Source of the DNA: Octopus vulgaris
Lineage: Eukaryota
Direction: 5' to 3'
Length of the DNA stretch: 64,000 nucleotides
Assembly: GCA_951406725.2 (NCBI GenBank)
Contig: OX597818.1
Coordinates: forward strand, 89,094,001-89,158,000
Shown here: in pieces, positions 55,664-64,000 of the stretch
Numbering within the stretch: the stretch's first letter is position 1
Layout of the letters: each line of letters opens with the position of its first letter
Program-made: the position numbers and the translations under genes
The notes under the pieces: generated by a model
The model's database searches: none
What the model saw: only the letters and a program-made list of their open reading frames with translations
What the model was told of the DNA's origin: nothing

Positions 55664-56130
55664 AAGGCGGTGAACGGGCAGAATCGTTAGCACGCCAGGC
55701 AAAATGCTTAGTTGCATTTCGTCCGCATTTGCGTTCTGGGTTCATTTCTGACCAAGCAAACGATACGAACTAGCATCAACATATATTAATGTCTCAATGT
55801 ATTTAATTGATTACAACAAATACACGCCTATTCATTGACCATAGTGTCAGGAGCATCAACATTATATCAGACAAGTTGCTGATATGGCGACGAAATTTAC
55901 TGTCTACATCCTTGTTAAAGGATGAAAATACCGCTATAAAATTTGCTTTCATGTGAATGAAAATTGTCGGTAATATTTTGCGACATGGATTTAATCATTT
56001 CGTCGGTAATATAGGTCGACTTTGCCTTTCATTCTTTCGAGATCGATAAAGTAAGTACCAGTTGAGCACTTATATTATCGACTTAGCCCCTCCCCCGAAA
56101 TTGCTGGCTTTGTGCCAAAATTTGAAAGCA
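55664..56130 (+). mobile_element. SINE family B split by an inverted local duplication
   Basis: Head 55664-55744, resumes at about 56013. The insert 55758-56003 is the reverse complement of 56208-56453. Confidence 0.8.
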
Positions 56131-56826
56131 ATATTTCTTTGTTAATATGCTGCACACATAGGTCAGTCTATTTCTTGCATAATCTTGACTTTCTTAAAGA
56201 TAATAACACGAAATGATTAAATCCATGTCGCAAAATATTACCGACAATTTTCATTCAAATGAAAGCAAATTTTATAGCGGTATTTTCCTCCTTTGACAAG
56301 GATGTAGACAGTAAATTTCGTCGCCATATCAGCAACTTGTCTGATATAATGTTGTTGCTCCTGACACTATGGTCAATGAATAGGCGTGTATTTGTTGTAA
56401 TCAATTAAATACATTGAGACATTAATATATGTTGATGCTAGTTCGTATCGTTTACTTGTCAGAAATATAACTTTCCTTTTAATACAGGAGATTCACTGCA
56501 AAGAAAATGGAGTTGTTCGTTTAGCTGTAAAATATAAATCAGCTATTGACATCATGCATTGCTGGTATATAAAATGACAAGGAAGTGGTCACTTTCTCAC
56601 CGAGAAATAATCATTTCAAAAGATAGCGAAAATACCTTCAAAGTTCTCTACAGCGAGGTGTGAGGGACGGAATATAAGCTGGAACACTAAAATACATGTC
56701 AAAAGCTAATATGTATAGCATCAATATGATCGTGAACACATACAATACAATGATTGTTCAACTAAGCGAGACATTTAATCAGTGAGAGTGCACAACGACT
56801 GAAAGGGTGGTCGGACTATGACAAAC

Positions 56827-56917
<91 letters not shown>

Positions 56918-57179
56918 AACCTATCTAACTATTGACTGGGAATACGTAAATATTTTCTTACTTTTGAGTGTAAGTATGAATAGGCCTTAGGTTGAAAAGA
57001 AAATCCCGTCACATTTTTGACACCATCCAAGTATTTTTGAGGATCATTTTTTAATACTTACTGTAATATAAGCCTAATTTTTGTATTTTAATGTTTTATT
57101 CTTTCTTCGCATATTACTTTATGCCATAGTAGTTGAATGCGTATTGATTTTATCATTTTAAAATTAGTTTTGATCAGGC

Positions 57180-58430
57180 CTACAGTAGACGTTCTATGCT
57201 GTACGAATTCAAACGGAGCACTTCTGCAATGGAAACGATAACACATATTCGTTCTATCTACGGAAATGAAGCTTTGAGAGTCTAAACATGCCAACGATGG
57301 TTTGGTTATTTTCGTTTGGGGATATTTTTCTGGTAGATTCTCCTGGATCTGGACGACCAAATTCTATGTATATTCAGCTTCTGAAAACCGTAGCTTTGCG
57401 TAAAATGCAAAGCAAGCTGCCTGAAAATCAACAAAAGAGTTCGATTCCAGTCATACTTCGATCAAAAAACCCTTTCATGAACTAGGGAAAGTGTTTAAAC
57501 TTGCTCAGTATGTCTCTCCTCATCTGGCTGCTCAATCAATGTTGCCCTCTGTTCATCATTGAAAGGCAGACTTGCAACAGAACCTGTCCTCGATAGAATC
57601 ATCAAAGGTGATAAAGAGCGAATTCTCTATAAGCATGTCCAACGAAAGCAACAATGATTAGCACTCAGTGAGGAAGGAGAACCCAACTCCACATAAGTAC
57701 GACACGCGAAAAATGTCATGTCCTGGATTTGGTGGAATATGATGGGTGTCGGCTATCAAGAAGGTGGCGAGCTGGCAGAAGCGTTAGCACGCCGGGCGAA
57801 ATGCTTGGCGGCATTTCATCTGCCGTTACGTTCTGAGTTCAAATTCCGCTGAGGTCGACTTTGCTTTTCATCCTTTCGGGGTTGATAAATTAAGTGCCAG
57901 TTACGCACTGGGGTCGATGTAATCGACTTAATCCATTTGCCTGTCCTTGTTTGTCCTCTCTGTGTTTAGCCCCTTGTGGGTAGTAAAGAAATAGGTATTT
58001 CGTCTGCCGTTACGTTCTGAGTTCAAATTCCGCCGAGGTTGACTTTGCCTTTCATACTTCCGGGGTCGATTAAATAAGTACCAGTTACGCACTGGGGTCG
58101 ATATAATCGACTTAATCCGTTTCTCTGTCCTTGTTTGTCCTCTCTGTGTTTAGCCCCTTATGAGTATTAAAGAAATAGAAATAGGTATTTCGTATGCAGT
58201 TACTTTCTGAGTTCAAATTCTGCCGAGGTTGACTTTGTCTTTCATCCTTTCGGGGTCAATAAATTATGTACCAGTTACGCACTGGGCTCGATGTAATCGA
58301 CTTAATCCCTTTGTCTGTCCTTGCTCGTCCCCTCTACGTTTAGTCCCTTGTGGGCAATAAAGAAATAAGAGGTACCAAACCAAAACGAAATAGTCAATGC
58401 AAAGAAGAATTGTAGCCAATTTGAAGAATT
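57180..58430 (+). pseudogene. Decayed mariner transposase interrupted by a SINE array
   Basis: Fragments HIRSIYGNEAL, LVDSPGSGRP, RIIKGDKERILY, KNVMSWIWWNMMGV, resuming after the SINEs as NEIVNAKKNCSQ. Confidence 0.7.
57762..58368 (+). mobile_element. Tandem trimer of SINE family B
   Basis: One head, then the body repeats at about 57812, 57996 and 58185, joined by AAAGAAATAGGTATTTCG-like junctions. Confidence 0.9.
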
Positions 58431-58431
58431 C

Positions 58432-58650
58432 TCTTTTATCTTTTATCTGCTTCAGTCATTAGACTGTGGCCATGCTGGAGCACCGCCTTGAAGAACTTTT
58501 AGTCGAATGAATCGACCCCATTACTTATTTATTTTAAGCCTGGTACTTATTCTAACCGTCTCTTATGTCGAACCGCTAAGTTACGAGGCCGTAAACAAAC
58601 CAACACCGGTTGTCAAGGGGCGGTGGGGGACAAACACAGACACAAAGACT
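58432..58650 (-). mobile_element. SINE family A 3' half
   Basis: Reverse complement of the family A tail. Confidence 0.8.
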
Positions 58651-58744
58651 GAAACATACCCACAGACTCACAGACACAGAAACACACACACAGACACACG
58701 CGCACACACACACACGCACGCACACACACGCACACACACACATA

Positions 58745-58806
<62 letters not shown>

Positions 58807-58965
58807 CATATATATATTTATATATATTTATATATATATGGCCTGCTCGCTTAGCCAGCGGGGTGGCGTCATTTGAAGGCAAAAACAATGCAAAGCGCAT
58901 TGTGACCAGCGATGTGTTGCAACATCTGATAGCCTGGTCGGTCACGGTGATATATATATATATAT

Positions 58966-59138
58966 ATTCTTTTATTCTTTTATTTGTGTCAAATTAACTG
59001 CAACCATACTGAAGCACCGCCTTTGGTCGAACAAATCGACTTCAGGTCTTTGTAAGCTTAGTACTTATTCTAATGGTCTTTTTTTGCAGAACTGCTAAGT
59101 TACGGGGTCGTGAACACACCAGCATCGGTTGTAAAGTG

Positions 59139-59187
<49 letters not shown>

Positions 59188-59254
59188 CATATAGATAGAT
59201 ATAGATAGATAGACAGACAGACAGACAGGCAGACAGATAGATAGACAGACAGAC

Positions 59255-59329
<75 letters not shown>

Positions 59330-59497
59330 CACACGACGGGCTAGTTTCAGCTACAGTCTACCAAATCCACTTACAAGGCTTTGGTCGGCCCGAGGCTATA
59401 GTAGAAAATACCTGCCCGAGGTGCCCCGCGGGTGGAATGAACCCGGAGCCATGTGGCTTGGAGGCAAATATCTTGCCACACAGCCATGCCTGCGCCT
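58966..59497 (-). mobile_element. SINE family A with expanded microsatellite linker
   Basis: Head 59333-59497 and tail 58966-59140. Confidence 0.8.
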
Positions 59498-59554
59498 AAA
59501 CATTTTCCGAAAAAGTGTCTGTCATTTGCTAATCGTGAAGTGTTGCACTCTCAA

Positions 59555-60061
59555 CCAACCACATGGTTCCGGGTTCAGTCCCACTGCGTGGCATCTTGGG
59601 CAAGTGTGTTCTGCTATAGCCCCGGGCCGACCAATGCCTTGTGAGTGGATTTGGTAGACGGAAACTGAAAGAAGCCTGTCGTATATATATACATATGTCC
59701 TGACGTCCTGGTTTTGTTGTTATCCTTACCATTATTGTTTTTACGTATTTTGTATTCTTATTCGTGCTATCATTATTGTTTTTACGTATTTTTGTATTTT
59801 TATTCGTGTAACATCGTCTGTTTTCCGTCCCTGTGTTGTATACATTCGAGGCTTTCTTCCAAGGAATTTAATGCGCTTGGCTTAGATTTCCCTTGGGGGC
59901 TGCCCAGATCGGAGCAATCTCAAGATTAATCAGCCGAAATTGCGAAGATGATCCGGTTCTTGACTGATGATTGAGGGCTTCAAATGTCCCGTCCGTGTTT
60001 TTTGTGTGGTCTTCTAAATGTTTCACGTTCTTGTCCCGTTTGTATATTTTTTTACTTTTAC

Positions 60062-60117
<56 letters not shown>

Positions 60118-60335
60118 GTATGTATGTGTATGTGTTTGTGTGTCTGTGTTTGTACCCCTAACATTGCTTGACAGCCGATGCTGGTGTGTTTACGTCCCCG
60201 TCACTTAGCAGTTCGGCAAAAGAGACCGATAGAATAAGTACTGGGCTTACAAAGAATAAGTCCCGGGGTCGATTTGCTCGACTAAAGGCGGTGCTCCAGT
60301 ATGGCCGCAGTCAAATGACTGAAACATGTAAAAGA
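59555..60335 (+). mobile_element. SINE family A with a foreign element inserted in its (TA) linker
   Basis: Head 59555-59682, insert 59697-60062, tail 60125-60335. Confidence 0.85.
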
Positions 60336-60719
60336 GTAGAGAGAGTAAAGAGTGTATTGCCCATACTACTCAAGAAAAGATTACAGAAGTTTCCTCAACA
60401 GATTTGACCATTATCTTTTCAGATCATTACAATATTATTTAGAAAGAAAAAGGTTTATTCTTTGTGAAGTGGTTAAAAATGATATTATGCGTTTCTTCGC
60501 TACGAAACCTGAAAACGTTTATGCCCGTAGGATAAAAAAAAAGATTATAAAATAGATAGGATTATGTGATCAATAATGAAGTGAAATATTATCTTGATTA
60601 AATATATCAAATCAAGACCAATGTAGCGCTTGTTTCTTTCTCGACTTGAAATGCGACAGTACTTATTTTTGAACCTGATAGATATTCTCTGGGGTTTACA
60701 AAAACATACACACACACAA

Positions 60720-60811
<92 letters not shown>

Positions 60812-61066
60812 ATATATCTCTATGTAGTCATATAAATATAGATACCTACCTACATACACACACATAAGTATGTATGTATATATGCATGTATGTATGTACG
60901 TATGTATGTATGTATGTATGCATAAGCTGCGCATGTGTAATAAACATTATCGACTAGATATACTTAACGCAGCGCTTTGCAGGCAGAGTCCTCGCCACCA
61001 CGCTATTCGCAGCCTCCTGGCAAACAAACGCATTAGGCTTCTTCGTTAAATACGTGTGGCCGATAA

Positions 61067-61108
<42 letters not shown>

Positions 61109-61283
61109 CATACTTATATATAAATCAGTGTCGTCTGAACTGCAGATAGATAGCTTTAAGGTAATAGTTCTTACTTTCTCTGCGCTCAGAGTTCAAATCT
61201 GGTTCAAACCAACTTTTACCTTTCATCGTACCAGTTGTATACTGTCGTCCATCTCCCTCTCTCCCTCTCTTCTCTCTCCCTCT

Positions 61284-61327
<44 letters not shown>

Positions 61328-61423
61328 TCCAAAGTAGAAAAATCTGAATGACAGAATTTTGTTTACATATAACGAAATTTTACCTACTTATATATGTGTG
61401 TGCGTGCGTGCATATGCACACAT

Positions 61424-61474
<51 letters not shown>

Positions 61475-61750
61475 TGCTGTGTGTATACGCGCATGTGGGT
61501 ACGCACTTACAAATACTTATATATGTACGTATGAGAACATAGCCTTCTATAGGTACGAAAGCCCCAGCCTGTCCACCAATTGGATTATGATAAAGAAATG
61601 TAATAAATGTAATTTTCAGTTGAACATGTTATTTTTTTCCCGTCAGTATTGTAAAACAACTTCGTTATATTTGAAATTCAATTTAGCCTTGACTGATTAA
61701 TCAAGTGCGTGAGCGTGCCTGAGAGGGTGTGCACGTGAATGTTTCCGTGA

Positions 61751-61782
<32 letters not shown>

Positions 61783-61783
61783 C

Positions 61784-61836
<53 letters not shown>

Positions 61837-62111
61837 AAGGCAGACAGGAAGTGAGAGAAACAATACGTGTGTGTATGTATTCTTGTATGGTTTCGCGTAT
61901 GTATGCTTGAGTGGGTGTAAGTGCATTCGTCTATGACATACATACAGATTCATAGATAGGTAGATAGACAGATAGATAGATAGACAGACAGACAGATAGA
62001 CAGATAAATAGAGAGAGAGAGAGAGAGAGATAGGGAGAGAGAGGACAAAAATACGTGTATTTGCGGGTACATATGTACATATATATATATATATATACAC
62101 GTGTATATATC

Positions 62112-62457
62112 GCGGACGTGGGATCGCTGTTTCGATTCCCAGAGCGGGTGTTGTGAGTGCTTATGGAGCGAAAACACCTAGAGCTTCACTCGGCTCAAAC
62201 CGGTCTGGAGGTGCAGCGAATCATTCTGTACTTTTTCCCCATGACTTTCTCTCACTCTTTCTTCTTGTTTCTGTTGTACCTGGATATCAAAGAGCCAGCC
62301 TTGTCACACACTGTGTCACGCTGAATCTCCCTGAGAACTACGTTAAGGGTATACGTGTCTGTGGAGTGCTCAGCCACTTACACGTTAATTTCACGAGCAG
62401 GCTGTTCCGTTGATCGGATCAACTGGAACTCGCGTCGTCGTAACCGACGGAGTGCCA
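62112..62457 (+). mobile_element. SINE family D variant
   Basis: GTTTCGATTCCCAGAGCGGGTGTTGTGAGTG..GAAAACACCTA matches 51140-51190. Confidence 0.7.
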
Positions 62458-62460
62458 TGA

Positions 62461-62534
<74 letters not shown>

Positions 62535-62809
62535 TATATATGTTTATGTGTCTGCGTTTGTCACCCATCATCGCTTGACAACCGATGTTTACGACCGCGT
62601 AACTTAGCGGTTCGGCAAAAGGTGTCCCGTAGAATAAGTCCTAGGGCGATTTGTTCGACTACAGGCTATGCTCCAGCATGGCTGCAGTAAAATGACTGTA
62701 ACAGATAAAAGAATGCGTGTGTATCTATATATACGCATATATATCGTGCGTGTGTATGCTGATGTATGTGTGCTGTCCATATCAATCTACAATCAATCCC
62801 ACACTTCTA

Positions 62810-62884
<75 letters not shown>

Positions 62885-62885
62885 C

Positions 62886-62917
<32 letters not shown>

Positions 62918-63235
62918 ACTCACACATATATGTGAATGAATTCATATTTACTGACATGCATAAATCTACGTATACATACACATACATACACGCACTCGTA
63001 CATAGACACACACACACACACACACTCACACACGCACACACTAGTTTCCATGTTGGTGCACAACAGCTATATATAAGCTCGTTGGCGTCTGTAATATTAT
63101 AGAACGGGTAGTTTATGAAATAATCATCATTCGTGAATTTTATCTAATCTAACGAAAACAACCACGAAGACATTGCAAAATTTGAAATGGTAAAAATAGA
63201 ATTATCAAGAAAAATAGAATTATCGCCTGTCAATA

Positions 63236-63460
63236 TTAAATGTGATATAGTTGGTGTAAAAACGCAGATTTGATATGTTTACTTGTCGACATTTTACAAT
63301 GTTGGTTAGTTTCAATGATTCTTTCTGGCGTCTTGTCTGTTTCTTTCAAATTATTCTGAAATGGTTTAACACTTGTGTTTGCTAAACTCTGTATTCTCTC
63401 AAATACCCAGTTATTAAGGTTGTGGCCGACATCTTGAATTTTATTAATGGCTCGCGTCAA
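63236..63460 (-). pseudogene. Possible decayed mariner C-terminal fragment
   Basis: Weak resemblance (KIQDVG..FQNNL..PERIIETN). Not firm. Confidence 0.3.
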
Positions 63461-63643
63461 GATATAGAGGCAAAGGAGGAGGCGAGGAAAATATGAAGGA
63501 GCAGTGCTCTGCAGCTATGCAGTCAGTTTTCTGGTCTTGTGTATGAGTTCTTTCATTCTTTCTTGTTGATGTTGTTACTGCTGTGGTTCTTGTTATTGTT
63601 ATGGTCGTCGCCAGCGCGCCGGACGAAATGCTTAACAGTATTG

Positions 63644-64000
63644 AACGTAGCGGCAGACGAAATACCTATTTCTTTACTACCCACAAGGTGCTAAACACAG
63701 AGAGGACAAACAAGGACAGACAAATGGATTAAGTCGATTATATCGACTCCACTGCGTAACTGGTACTTATTTAATCGACCCCGAAAGGATGAAAGGCAAA
63801 GTCGACCTCGGCGGAATTTGAACTCAGGATGTAGCGGCAGATGAAATACCTATTTCTTTACTACCCACAAGGGGCTAAACACAGAGAGGACAACCAAGGA
63901 CAGACAAACGGATTAAGTCGATTACATCGACCCCAGTGTGTAACTGGTACTTATTTAATCGACCCCGAAAGGATGAAAGGCAAAGTCGACCTCGGCGGAA
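63644..64000 (-). mobile_element. Tandem SINE family B array running off the window
   Basis: About 185-bp period with the same GAAATACCTATTTCTTTACTACCC junction as the 57762 array. Confidence 0.9.

Overview
AT-rich, microsatellite-saturated eukaryotic non-genic DNA. The (TA)n/(CA)n/(GATA)n/(TACA)n density and the tRNA-derived SINE families resemble an Octopus genome; this is an inference from recognition, not a search. I see no intact protein-coding gene, and almost all listed ORFs are translated microsatellites. Recognisable content: four tRNA-head SINE families in many copies, mariner and Tc2-like DNA transposon relics, a Tx1/L1-clade LINE relic plus a 3' fragment of it inside (GATA)n, an R4/Dong-like endonuclease fragment, a Penelope-like (PLE) GIY-YIG C-terminal fragment, and a 36/180-bp higher-order minisatellite. 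The main signal is a set of non-coding 350-540 bp units, from several families, each embedded in (TA)n tracts. They are arranged as tandem plus inverted (fold-back) copies, and each carries a type I hammerhead ribozyme fold. Several cores are non-canonical: a U3-A8 swap of the C3-G8 pair, U4C, 50-70 nt stem II expansions, and loopless or palindromic stem III. This is the architecture of PLE pseudo-LTRs and non-LTR retrozymes. A further TA-embedded family has no hammerhead but has a conserved pseudoknot with one compensatory change. All folds were derived by eye and none has been tested.
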